Shown here: positions 31,741 through 42,069 of the stretch, in pieces | How positions within the stretch are numbered: the stretch's first letter is position 1 | Layout of the letters: each line of letters begins with the position of its first letter | Origin: Microcoleus sp. | GTDB taxonomy: Bacteria > Cyanobacteriota > Cyanobacteriia > Cyanobacteriales > Microcoleaceae | Assembly: GCA_052279835.1 (NCBI GenBank) | Contig: CP181291.1 | Coordinates: forward strand, 2,112,001-2,176,000 | Length of the DNA: 64,000 bases | Reading direction: 5' to 3' | The notes under the pieces: model-generated | The model's input: only the letters and a program-made list of their open reading frames with translations | Database searches by the model: none | Told to the model about the DNA's origin: nothing | Program-made: the position numbers and the translations under genes

Positions 31741-31799
31741 CTGCCTTGCTGTAAGCAAGATTGAAGCACACCTACTCTAAAACCTTAATAATAATCCCA

Positions 31800-34537
31800 G
31801 TGCCTGATACCACCCAGAACCGCCTAGAGCTGGATCTGAAGACCATATTCCCCTTCGAGCTAGATAACTTTCAGAGAGAGGCAATCGCCGCCCTCGATGC
31901 AGGCAAATCCGTTGTCGTTTGCGCCCCTACAGGCTCCGGGAAAACTTTAATTGGCGAATACGCCATCCACCAAGCCCTCTTACGGGGGCGTCGCGTCTTC
32001 TACACCACTCCCCTCAAAGCCCTTTCCAACCAAAAACTGCGCGACTTCCGCCAGCAATTTGGCACTGAGATGGTGGGCTTACTGACGGGCGACATCTCCG
32101 TTAATCGGGATGCTCCAATTTTGGTGATGACTACCGAAATTTTTCGCAATATGCTCTATGGTACGCCGATCGGGGCTGTGGGTACTTCCTTAACCGGAGT
32201 TGAAACAGTTGTTCTCGATGAGTGTCACTACATGAACGACAAACAGCGGGGTACTGTTTGGGAAGAGTCGATTATCTACTGTTCGAGCGAAATTCAATTA
32301 CTCGCCCTCTCAGCCACTGTTGCTAACAGCGCCCAACTGACAGACTGGATTAACAAAGTCCACGGACCAACAGAGTTAGTTTACTCCGACTTTCGCCCCG
32401 TGCCGCTGCAATTTCACTTCGCCAATCAAAAAGGGATATTTCCTCTGCTAGACGAGAGCGGCAAAAAACCTAACATCCGTTTAGTCCCCAAAAAGAAACA
32501 GCAAAAACTAGAAAGAGGTAGTATCCCCGTTCCCACTTTGGGGGATGTTTTGTCTCGGTTGGACGATCGCGATATGCTACCAGCAATCTACTTCATCTTC
32601 AGCCGCCGTGGGTGCGATCGAGCAGTAGCAGAAGTTGGCAATTTCTCCCTAGTCAACGAAGCCGAAACCGCCGAACTCAAACGCATCATTGACGACTTTT
32701 TACAACGGAACCCCGAAGCAGAACGCTTTGGTCAAAAAGAAGCACTTTTAAAAGGCATTGCAGCCCACCATGCGGGCATTTTACCCGCTTGGAAAGGCTT
32801 AGTAGAAGAACTCTTCGGCAGAGGTTTAATTAAAGTCGTATTTGCCACCGAAACCCTAGCGGCCGGGATTAATATGCCCGCCCGTACCACAGTCATTTCC
32901 ACCCTTTCCAAGCGCACCGACAAGGGACACCGACTCCTAAATGCTTCCGAATTCCTCCAAATGGCCGGTAGAGCAGGCAGGCGTGGCATGGACGAGCTGG
33001 GGCACGTAGTACCGTTCAGACGCGGTTTGAAGGGGCAAAGGAAGCCTCCTATTTGGCCACAGCCAAAGCCGACGCCCTCGCCAGTCAATTTACACCCAGC
33101 TACGGCATGGTGCTGAATTTATTGCAAACCCACACTCTCGAAGAAGCTCAAGAACTCGTAGAGCGTAGTTTTGGTCAATATCTTTCTACCTTGTACTTGC
33201 AGCCGCAGCAAGCGGAGCTAGACCGGCTGCAAGGGGAATTGGCGGTGTTGGAGGAGTCTCTGGCTGCTGGTGGCGATGTGGCTAACTTGGAAAAACAACT
33301 CGCCCATTATGAAAAGTTGCAGGGCAGACTCAAGGAAGAGAAACGCCTACTCAAAACTTTGTTGCAGCAAGCTGAAGAAGCTCGGATGAAGGAGATGTCC
33401 GTGGCTGTGGCTTTTGCGGTGCTCGGAACTATTGTCAGCCTCAAAGGTAAACACGTTCCTACTGCTAAACGATCGCACACATCTCCCGTACCCGCTGTAC
33501 TCGTTGCCAAAATCCCAGGTTCGGGCCAAGCTCCAAATTTAGTCTGTTTGGGCAAAGATAACCGCTGGTATGTCGTCGCCATTAGCGATGTCGCTAGCCT
33601 CCATGCTCAATTACCCCGTTTGAGCGTTGCCGATACCATGAACCCGCCCTCGGAAATGCCCCTGAGACTGGGCCAGTGTCGTTTGGGCACTGAGGAAACT
33701 CTTCCTATCGCCCAATCAATCCCAGAATTGCCGGCACTGGAACCGACTACCGAGACTCAAGACCAACTACAAAAAATCGCAGCCATTGAAGCTAAGCTAG
33801 AAATTCACCCTGTTTTAGAATGGGGCAATCCGGGTACTTTGCTCAAACGCCAGCGACGCAGGATAGAGTTGCAAAAGGAAATACGCAGAGGCTTGCAGGA
33901 CTTAGAAAAACAACGAGCCCGCTACTGGGAAGAATTTATCAACTTAATTGACATTTTGCTCAATTTCGGGTGCTTGGAAAGGGTAGTTTCTCTCAATGTT
34001 GAGGGGGCTGATACCTGGGAAAGATTAGTTCCTACAGAATTGGGTCAGGCTTGCGCTGCCATTCGTGGGGATAATGAACTCTGGTTGGGTTTGTCCCTGA
34101 TGTCGGCGGAATTTGATGAACTAGACCCCCACCACCTAGCGGCTGCTTGTGCAGCTTTGGTGACAGAGGTTTCCAGGCCCGATAGTTGGACTCACTATTC
34201 GCTATCTCCAGAGGTTTTGGCACCTTTGGATAATCTCCAAAAAGGCTTACGACGCAGGCTGTTTCAAGTGCAGTACCGACATGAAGCTGCGATCCCGATT
34301 TGGCTGGAACGAGATATGGTGACTTTGGTTGAGCAGTGGGCCCTGGGCGTGGAATGGCTGGAATTGGTCAGTCATACGAGTTTGGATGAGGGGGATGTGG
34401 TGCGAATTTTGCGCCGGACTTTGGATTTCTTGTCTCAGATTCCTCATGTTCCTAACGTATCTGATGCTTTGCGACGGAATGCTTGTCGGGCGATGCAGTT
34501 AATCGATCGTTTCCCGGTGAATGAAGCTGCTAATTGA
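31800..34537 (+). pseudogene. helY: Ski2/HelY-like DEAD/DEAH-box RNA helicase, frameshifted as given (probably an error)
   Basis: APTGSGKT, PLKALSNQK, VLDECHY, ATETLAAGINMPA, QMAGRAGRRG; DSHCT end (DEGDVVRILRRTLDFLSQIP); adding one base near 33010 restores GHVVTVQTRFEGAKEASYLAT. Confidence 0.85.
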
Positions 34538-34539
34538 AT

Positions 34540-34770
34540 AATAGTTAACAGTTGGCTGTCAATCCTTCGACTTCGCGAGGGGGTAGGCAGTTGGCTGTTG
34601 ACAGTTGATAGTTGATCTCAAATCCGGTAATCTGAATTATTCAGATCTCTATTCTCTCCCTCTGTGTCCTCTGTGTTCTCTGTGGTTAAATCATTCCCAT
34701 ACAACCGGAAACGATAGGACAGTTGAACGCAGATTTTAATCTAAAATCTACTATCTAAAATCTAAAATCG
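34540..34770. repeat. Intergenic cluster of STRR heptamers and a dispersed repeat
   Basis: cagttgg/gttgaca-type units; ctctgtgtcctctgtgttctctgtggttaaatcattcc; degenerate ctaaaat units. Confidence 0.65.
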
Positions 34771-34803
34771 ATCGACTGGTGTGGTGGGTAGTTCAGAAGA
34801 TTA

Positions 34804-37599
34804 ATGCAACAAATCAAAAAGCCCGATCTAATTCCTGTAGCCTGCTCTCAGGCTCATACAATTCGCTTTTTCACTTTCTTGCAAAGGGTATTAATTGGGA
34901 CTCTCGCGATTAGTTTATTCAATCTCTCGCTCTGGTTTCCCTCTCCCAGTTTTGCCCAAGTGCTTTTGGGTGTAGTTCGCAGTTCCGAAAATTCCCCGGA
35001 CTGGCTCAAGATTACCACACGACTTTGGGACAGTGGTATTGCTTACCAACCAATTAATCTCGAAGAAATCAAAAGTGTCGGAGATTTAGCCGGGGTTAAT
35101 GTCCTGTTTTTACCCAATATTGAAACGGTGAGTCCAGCCCAACTTAAAGTTTTAGAATCTTGGGCGAAACAAGGTGGTAGATTGATTGCTTCCGGGCCTG
35201 TGGGGCGCAGTTCCCAGGCTTTGGTGCGTCAATCTTTACGATCGCTCCTTGGGGCCTATTGGGCTTTTCCGTTAACCCAGCCGGCGACTCCTCAACCCCG
35301 CAACCGCTGTCGAGATCTCGCTTGCACTACTTCTAGCAATTGGGTGCCGGTGGAACAAAAAAATATCTTGGTTCAAGGCGGTGTCTTGATTCCGGCTGAT
35401 GCTAACAGTCAAACTATTGCTACGTGGAAGGATAGTTCTGGTTCTTCGGCCGCGATCGCTACGGATCGCGCTACCTATCTCGGCTGGCGCTGGGGTAGCG
35501 ACGGTTCGGCAAAGGTAGACACGGCTTGGCTGCGGGCCTCGATCGCCCGCTGGGGAGGCACTGTCGGTTCCCCCATACCACCGCAAACGGCGATCGCACC
35601 CCCCAGACCCAGATCCCCAAATCCCCCCTCCAGAACTCCTAGAAACACCCCTCCAAGTCCGCGCAATACCCCACTGAGCAGACTTTCTCCCTCTCTCCCC
35701 CTTCCAGAACCGGTACCTACAACTTTTACTGACCCTTCGGATCAGTCGGCACCGGCGGGCTTGGATGTGCAGATAAATTCCCCAGCGCCGATCGTCAGCA
35801 TTGAAGCCTACTTAATGCGCCAAGAATTGACTAACCTCCTCGGTAGGTTTGAAAGTGCCTTAACAGCAGCTAATTCAGCGAATACTGCGGTGAATCTGAA
35901 TGCAGCCAATACTGCTCAACTGGTGGCCGGAAGCAATAGTGGTGGAGTCCAGGCTGCTAGTCGCCCGCCGATGATGCTAGCGGGAACAGCCAGGGCGATC
36001 GCCAGTGCACGACAGGTGTTGCAAAGTTTCGATGGACTCTTGGCTGAGCAAAAGTACGCGGAGGCTAGAAAGCAGTGGGTGGAAGCCCGACAGTTGCTGT
36101 GGCAAAATTATCCCCAGGAAGGACAGCGGGTGGGTTCGGAAATTCGGGCTGTTTGGCTCGATCGCGGTACGATTGTGGCTGCTCGATCGGAACAAGGTTT
36201 AGCAGCAGTGTTCGATCGCCTCGCCGCCGCTGGTATCAATACCGTTTTCTTTGAAACTTTAAATGCCGGATATCCGATTTATCCCAGTCAAGTTGCACCC
36301 CAACAAAACCCCCTCACCGTGGGCTGGGACCCCCTGGAATCTGGAGTGAAGTTGGCCCACGAGCGAGGTATGGAATTGCACGCTTGGATTTGGACTTTTG
36401 CCACGGGCAATAAACGCCACAATACTCTGATTGGCAAGCCAAGTTCCTATCCAGGCCCGGTGCTTTCTGCTTATCCAAATTGGGCAAATATTGACAACAA
36501 AGGACGCATACAACATATTAATGATGGTAAATTTTATCTCGATCCTGCTAATCCAGAAGCCCGTAGTTATTTGCTGCGAATAGTTAACGAAATTGCCAGC
36601 CGCTACAAAGTTGATGGACTGCAACTTGACTACATTCGCTATCCTTTTCAAGATGATAATGCGGGTTTTACCTATGGTTATGGTGCGGCGGCGAGGCAGC
36701 AGTTTCAGCAATTAACTGGCGTCGATCCGATGAGAATTTCGCCCAATGATGGTAATTTATGGCGGCAGTGGGTTGAGTTTAAAACTAATCAAATTAATAG
36801 TTTTGTTGGCGAAGTTTCTCAGTTGTTGCGACGCAATTATCCGCGGACAATTTTGTCGGTGGCTGTGTTTCCGCACCCTCCTAGTCAACGGATTTACAAA
36901 ATTCAGCAGAATTGGGAAGTTTGGGCTCGTCAGGGGATTGTGGATTTGATTGTGCCCATGACTTATGCTTTGGATACTAATCGACTTCAACGCATTACTG
37001 AGCCTTTGGCTAAGGAACAAATGCTCGGTTCGGCTTTGATTTCTCCGTCGGTTAAGTTGTTGACTCTCCCGGAAGTGGTGGCGATCGACCAAATTCAGGC
37101 TTTGCGGGATTTGCCGACAGGGGGTTATGCCATTTTTGCTGCCGAAAGTATTAGCAGCGGGATGCAGGCGTTTTTTAATCGTACTCAAGGGCGGGGAGGG
37201 CGATCGTCTACTAGGGCAGCGCTAACGACTTCGGCTTCGGAACCGATTCCTTATCGCCAGCCTTTTGCCGCAGCGGTTTCGCGGTATACTGCGCTCAAAC
37301 AAGAATGGAGTTTTTTGTTGGCTAACAATCAGTTGCGGGTGTCGGAATCGGAATTGAAAGTGTTGCAAAGTCGATCGACAGAATTAGCCGAAGCTTTGAA
37401 CAAACTAGCCGCCACTCCCACTCCCGAAAATTTAACGACTGCTAAAAGATTGCTGGCGAGTTTTTCATCTCAATTTCAATCTTCCATGCGCCTGCATTCT
37501 GCCGAAAATAACTATCAAGTTCAAACTTGGCAAAATCGTTTGGATAGTTTGGATATGTTATTGCGTTATGGCGAAAGGGTAGAGTTGAATCGCGGGTAA
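34804..37599 (+). CDS. Glycoside hydrolase-like family 10 (GHL10/DUF187) exported protein
   Basis: EIRAVWLDRG, GINTVFFET, ELHAWIW, LDPANPEAR, DGLQLDYIRYP, IVPMTY. Confidence 0.88.
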   Translation: MQQIKKPDLIPVACSQAHTIRFFTFLQRVLIGTLAISLFNLSLWFPSPSFAQVLLGVVRSSENSPDWLKITTRLWDSGIAYQPINLEEIKSVGDLAGVNVLFLPNIETVSPAQLKVLESWAKQGGRLIASGPVGRSSQALVRQSLRSLLGAYWAFPLTQPATPQPRNRCRDLACTTSSNWVPVEQKNILVQGGVLIPADANSQTIATWKDSSGSSAAIATDRATYLGWRWGSDGSAKVDTAWLRASIARWGGTVGSPIPPQTAIAPPRPRSPNPPSRTPRNTPPSPRNTPLSRLSPSLPLPEPVPTTFTDPSDQSAPAGLDVQINSPAPIVSIEAYLMRQELTNLLGRFESALTAANSANTAVNLNAANTAQLVAGSNSGGVQAASRPPMMLAGTARAIASARQVLQSFDGLLAEQKYAEARKQWVEARQLLWQNYPQEGQRVGSEIRAVWLDRGTIVAARSEQGLAAVFDRLAAAGINTVFFETLNAGYPIYPSQVAPQQNPLTVGWDPLESGVKLAHERGMELHAWIWTFATGNKRHNTLIGKPSSYPGPVLSAYPNWANIDNKGRIQHINDGKFYLDPANPEARSYLLRIVNEIASRYKVDGLQLDYIRYPFQDDNAGFTYGYGAAARQQFQQLTGVDPMRISPNDGNLWRQWVEFKTNQINSFVGEVSQLLRRNYPRTILSVAVFPHPPSQRIYKIQQNWEVWARQGIVDLIVPMTYALDTNRLQRITEPLAKEQMLGSALISPSVKLLTLPEVVAIDQIQALRDLPTGGYAIFAAESISSGMQAFFNRTQGRGGRSSTRAALTTSASEPIPYRQPFAAAVSRYTALKQEWSFLLANNQLRVSESELKVLQSRSTELAEALNKLAATPTPENLTTAKRLLASFSSQFQSSMRLHSAENNYQVQTWQNRLDSLDMLLRYGERVELNRG

Positions 37600-38120
37600 A
37601 TCTCAGTGGTTTGGCGAAAGGGTGTGGGCGATCGATCTTAATTTATTCAAAAAATGCCCTATACACATACTTGAGGCGCTAGCATAGGTTGTAGACGCTC
37701 AAGTACAGCTTAGCCTTGCTGACTTGACTCTTCTGTTAGAACCCCAGCTTCTTACAGTGGTGGAGGGATAGGGGTATTCGATTTTTTTGGGGTGGGTTAC
37801 TGTCACTCACAATTTTTGAAGGGACTCAGGGCGATCGTACCTAATCATTTATCTCAGTAGTTCGGGAAAACTCATCCGTATAAATACGCTGTTGCCATTA
37901 AAATTGATACCCTTTACAATAACCAGTAACTTGCTATTTTCACCAAACACCCACAGCAAATATAGATAGTAACAGCCAAAATGCTTAGGACACTCTCGAT
38001 CGCGGAAACTATGACTATAGCTACTTTTCCATCTTCCATCTTCCTTCAGTTTTTTTCCTGAATGCTTCATGTTTAATCACCCAGTTTATTTTCACTTACT
38101 AAATACCAATAAAATTTAGG

Positions 38121-41100
38121 ATGAATATGTTTCCTAAACAACTCAATCGGTTAGTTACTAAAATAATCGGTAAAGCTCCCTTACAAACAGTCCTAGTGGT
38201 TCCTTTTTTAGTGCAAATTGTCGGCACTGTCGGAGTTGTCGGTTGGCTGTCATTTCAAAACGGACAGCGCGCCGTTAATGATGTGGCTACTCAGTTGCGA
38301 CGAGAAATTACCGATCGCATTAAAGACCGCATTGAAAATTATATGTCAATTCCTCATATTGTGAATCACCTCAACGTTCAAGGCCTAAAATTGGGCCAAT
38401 TGAATCTAGAAGACAAACAAAAACTAGAACTTCATTTCCTAGAACAAATTCAATATTTTGATTCGATCAGCATCATTTATGTAGGCAAAGAAAATGGCGA
38501 CCACTCAGGAGCCATTCGTACAGAAGATCGGACTCTCATCTCCGCTGCTGATAGTTCGACAGGTAATAAATTGTCTCGATACACTGCTGACTCTAAAGGC
38601 AACCGTGTCAAATTAGTGGAAATTTCCTCCGAGGTTTATGACCCCCGAATTCGACCTTGGTATATAGCCGCAGCCGCTGCTAAAAAACCAATTTGGAGTA
38701 CGATTTATACAGATTTTTTAACTAAAGAGTTAGCAATTACCGCGGCTTTACCAATCTACGATAAAAATGACAAGTTATTAGGAGTAGCTGGCAGCGATTT
38801 ATTATTTTCGAGAATTAAAGAATTTCTGGTCAGCCTGAAAATTGGCAAGTCGGGTCAAACTTTTGTGATGGAACGATCGGGAATGTTAATCGCAACTTCT
38901 ACAGATACTCCTGAATTTGTCATAGAAAATAAAGAAACCAAGCGGATCAAAGCTGCGGAAAGCGAAAATTTAGTAATTCGCCAAACGGCACAGCATTTAG
39001 AAAAATTCTATGGTAATTTAGCTAAAATTCAAAATTCTCAACAGCTTAGTTTTGATGTCGAGCACCATCGAAATTTTATTCAAGTAACTCCGTTTAAAGA
39101 CAATCGAGGTTTGGATTGGCTGATTGTCGTGGTAGTTCCAGAGTCCGACTTTATGGAACAAATAGATGCCAATACTCACATCACTGTGTTATTGTCGTTA
39201 GCAGCTTTGCTCTTGGCTGCCATTCTGGGAATTCTGACTGCTAAATGGGTGGTAAGGCCGATTTTTAGGTTGAATGAGGCTGCAAAAGCTTTGGCTAAGA
39301 ATGAATGGGATGATACAAAATTAATTAACAATCGACAAGATGAATTGGGTGAACTTGCCGATTCTTTTAACAGTATGGCGGAGCAATTGCAACAGTCATT
39401 TACATCCCTAGGCGAAAGTGAAAATAGAGTAAAACAATTTTTAGATGCCATACCTTTGGGGGTTTTCATTGTAGACGACCTGGGAAATCCTTATTATATT
39501 AACCCGATAGGTAAAAAACTAATAGGTCAAGGAATTATCGCATCCAATGCCGAAAATTTACGTCAATCTTACCGCATTTATTTAGCTGGAACTGAGCAAC
39601 TTTATCCAGCCGAACGCGATCCGATATTAAATGCTTTGCAGGGCAAAACAGTCACGGTTGATGACATAGAAGTTTCCCTAGGGGACAAAACAGTTCCTTT
39701 ACAAATTTGGGGAACTCCTATTTACGGAAGTCAAGGGAATATCATCTACGGAATGTGCGCTTTTCAAGATATTACGGAACGCAAACAAGCCGAGAAAATT
39801 TTAATCAAATACAATCAAAACTTAGAAACAAAAGTTGCCGAACGCACGGCAGAACTTGCTAAAGCCGAAGAAAAGTTTTCTAAAGCTTTTCGTTTAAGTC
39901 CTAATGCGATTACCCTCACCAGAATCAGTGATGGTCGCCACATAGAAGTTAATGAAAGTTTTTGTCGGATGATGGGCTACAGTCACGCAGAAATTATTGG
40001 CAAAACAGCGGTAGAACTAAACTTTTGGGCGACTTTGGCAGAACGCGATCGCATGATTCAAATGTTAAAAAATAAAACAGCTATACATAATTATGAGTTG
40101 AAGTTTCGTAATAAAAGCGGTACAGAAAGAGCTGCATTGCTCTCCATAGAAACCATCGATATTGAGGGAGAAGCTTGTTTTTTATCGATTTCTAGCGACA
40201 TTACCGATCGCCAACAAGCAGAAGCAGCCCTGCGGGAAGCCGAAGAAAAATACCGCAACATTTATGAAAATGCCTTAAGTGGTATTTTTCAGACCACTAG
40301 GGATGGAAAATACATTAGCGCCAATCCAGCTTTAGCCCATATCTACGGCTACGAATCGACAGCCGAACTCATAGCAGGCCAGCCTAATTTGCATAATCAG
40401 CTTTACGTCAATCCTAAGCGTCACGATGAATTTGTAGAATTGATAAATAAGTATGGCATAATATCAAACTTTGAATCGCAAATTTACAAAAAAGATGGCA
40501 GTATTATTTGGATATCAGAAAATTCCCGCGCTGTTTACGATGACCAAAATAATTTACTCTACTATGAAGGTTTTATCAAAGATATTACTGCTAGTAAGCA
40601 ATCGGAAATAGAAATGCAGCGGGCAAAAGAAGCAGCGGAAGCAGCTAACAAAGCTAAAAGTATTTTCCTCGCAAATATGAGCCACGAATTGCGCTCTCCC
40701 CTCAATGCTGTCATCGGCTTTGCTCAAGTCATGATTCGCAGCAAAACCCTGTCTCCAGAAAATCAAGAAGATGTGGGGATTATCCTGCGGAGTGGCGAAC
40801 ATTTACTGAGTTTAATTAACCAAGTTTTAGACTTGTCAAAAATTGAAGCTGGACGCACTACCATCAATGAAAAAAACTTTGACTTGTTCCGCTTGTTAGA
40901 CGATTTGGAAGATATGTTTGCCCTCAAAGCCGAAGAAAAAAGCTTGCAGTTATTATTCGATCGCGACTCGAAAGTTCCCCACTATATCTGTACCGATGAA
41001 GTTAAGTTGCGCCAAGTTTTAATTAACTTACTCAACAATGCAATTAAATTCACTTCTCAAGGGGGAGTGTCGCTGCAAGTCAAAGGCGGTCAAAAAGCCT

Positions 41101-42068
41101 ATAATAATAGTGAAAAACAGCCTGGTCGTTACTCAATACATTTTGAAGTTCAAGATACTGGTGCTGGGATCGAGCCTGACGAAATCAATCAGTTGTTTGA
41201 AGCATTTATACAGACAAAAACTGGTAAAGATTCTCAAGAAGGAACTGGTTTGGGTTTAGCTATCAGTCGTCAGTTTGTACAATTGATGGGAGGTGACATT
41301 ACCGTTAGTAGTGAAGTCGGAAAGGGGGCAGTATTTCAGTTTGATATCCAAGTTCATCTGGTGGAAGCTGCTGATATTGAAAGCAAAAAAAATCAACTTC
41401 GTGTTGTTGCTCTCGAACCAAATCAGCCCCGCTACCGCTTGCTGATTGTGGACGATAAACCCCTGAATCGTCAATTGTTGATCAAACTTCTCAGCCCTCT
41501 GGGGTTTGAATTGAGAGAAGCAAATAATGGTCAAGAAGCGGTGGATATTTGCGCGCTGTGGGAGCCGCACTTGATTTGGATGGATATGAGAATGCCCGTG
41601 ATGGATGGGTACGAGGCTACAAAACAGATAAAAACTACTACTCAAGGGCAAGCAGCGGCGATTATCGCTCTGACTGCTAGTGTTTTGGAGGAAGAACGGG
41701 CTGTGATTCTTTCGGCGGGTTGTGATGATTTTATGCGGAAACCGTTCCGAGAGGAAGATATATTTATGGCAATTAGCAAACACCTAGGAGTACGCTATAT
41801 TTATGAAGATCCAGCCGCAGCAAGTGTGGTGGGTTCCGGGGACGACCGTCAGGAAGTGATGACATCAGGGGCGATCGCCTCTCTACCCGCCGAATGGGTA
41901 GCTGCATTCAAGCAAAATATTTTGAGTGTGGATATGGAGGCGATCGCCTTTTCCATAGAACAAATTCGCACTGTCAACTCCTCTCTAGCTGACAGCCTGC
42001 AAGATAGCATTAATAATTTTGAATACGAAAGCATTTTGAGCCTAATTACTAACAACGAGGATAACTAA
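38121..42068 (+). CDS. Membrane hybrid histidine kinase (Cache-HAMP-3xPAS-HisKA-HATPase-REC)
   Basis: Two TM helices, YDPRIRPWY Cache motif, DELGELADSFNSM HAMP, FLANMSHELRSPLN, KLRQVLINLLNNA, IWMDMRMP. Confidence 0.9.
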   Translation: MNMFPKQLNRLVTKIIGKAPLQTVLVVPFLVQIVGTVGVVGWLSFQNGQRAVNDVATQLRREITDRIKDRIENYMSIPHIVNHLNVQGLKLGQLNLEDKQKLELHFLEQIQYFDSISIIYVGKENGDHSGAIRTEDRTLISAADSSTGNKLSRYTADSKGNRVKLVEISSEVYDPRIRPWYIAAAAAKKPIWSTIYTDFLTKELAITAALPIYDKNDKLLGVAGSDLLFSRIKEFLVSLKIGKSGQTFVMERSGMLIATSTDTPEFVIENKETKRIKAAESENLVIRQTAQHLEKFYGNLAKIQNSQQLSFDVEHHRNFIQVTPFKDNRGLDWLIVVVVPESDFMEQIDANTHITVLLSLAALLLAAILGILTAKWVVRPIFRLNEAAKALAKNEWDDTKLINNRQDELGELADSFNSMAEQLQQSFTSLGESENRVKQFLDAIPLGVFIVDDLGNPYYINPIGKKLIGQGIIASNAENLRQSYRIYLAGTEQLYPAERDPILNALQGKTVTVDDIEVSLGDKTVPLQIWGTPIYGSQGNIIYGMCAFQDITERKQAEKILIKYNQNLETKVAERTAELAKAEEKFSKAFRLSPNAITLTRISDGRHIEVNESFCRMMGYSHAEIIGKTAVELNFWATLAERDRMIQMLKNKTAIHNYELKFRNKSGTERAALLSIETIDIEGEACFLSISSDITDRQQAEAALREAEEKYRNIYENALSGIFQTTRDGKYISANPALAHIYGYESTAELIAGQPNLHNQLYVNPKRHDEFVELINKYGIISNFESQIYKKDGSIIWISENSRAVYDDQNNLLYYEGFIKDITASKQSEIEMQRAKEAAEAANKAKSIFLANMSHELRSPLNAVIGFAQVMIRSKTLSPENQEDVGIILRSGEHLLSLINQVLDLSKIEAGRTTINEKNFDLFRLLDDLEDMFALKAEEKSLQLLFDRDSKVPHYICTDEVKLRQVLINLLNNAIKFTSQGGVSLQVKGGQKAYNNSEKQPGRYSIHFEVQDTGAGIEPDEINQLFEAFIQTKTGKDSQEGTGLGLAISRQFVQLMGGDITVSSEVGKGAVFQFDIQVHLVEAADIESKKNQLRVVALEPNQPRYRLLIVDDKPLNRQLLIKLLSPLGFELREANNGQEAVDICALWEPHLIWMDMRMPVMDGYEATKQIKTTTQGQAAAIIALTASVLEEERAVILSAGCDDFMRKPFREEDIFMAISKHLGVRYIYEDPAAASVVGSGDDRQEVMTSGAIASLPAEWVAAFKQNILSVDMEAIAFSIEQIRTVNSSLADSLQDSINNFEYESILSLITNNEDN

Positions 42069-42069
42069 A

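Noticed and set aside
31723..31742. Self-targeting of the TnpB guide near the HNH or glsF start codons (aatcaaca matches)
   Set aside because: Only 8-9 nt of AT-rich identity, which is expected by chance in 64 kb
30370..31760. Group I intron (IStron) around tnpB, suggested by gcgcagcca...ggtgca upstream and catagtcc plus a hairpin downstream
   Set aside because: No GACUA-type P7 5' strand upstream, no A-rich J4/5, the right end does not finish in G, and the element interrupts no gene. A covariance-model search would settle it.
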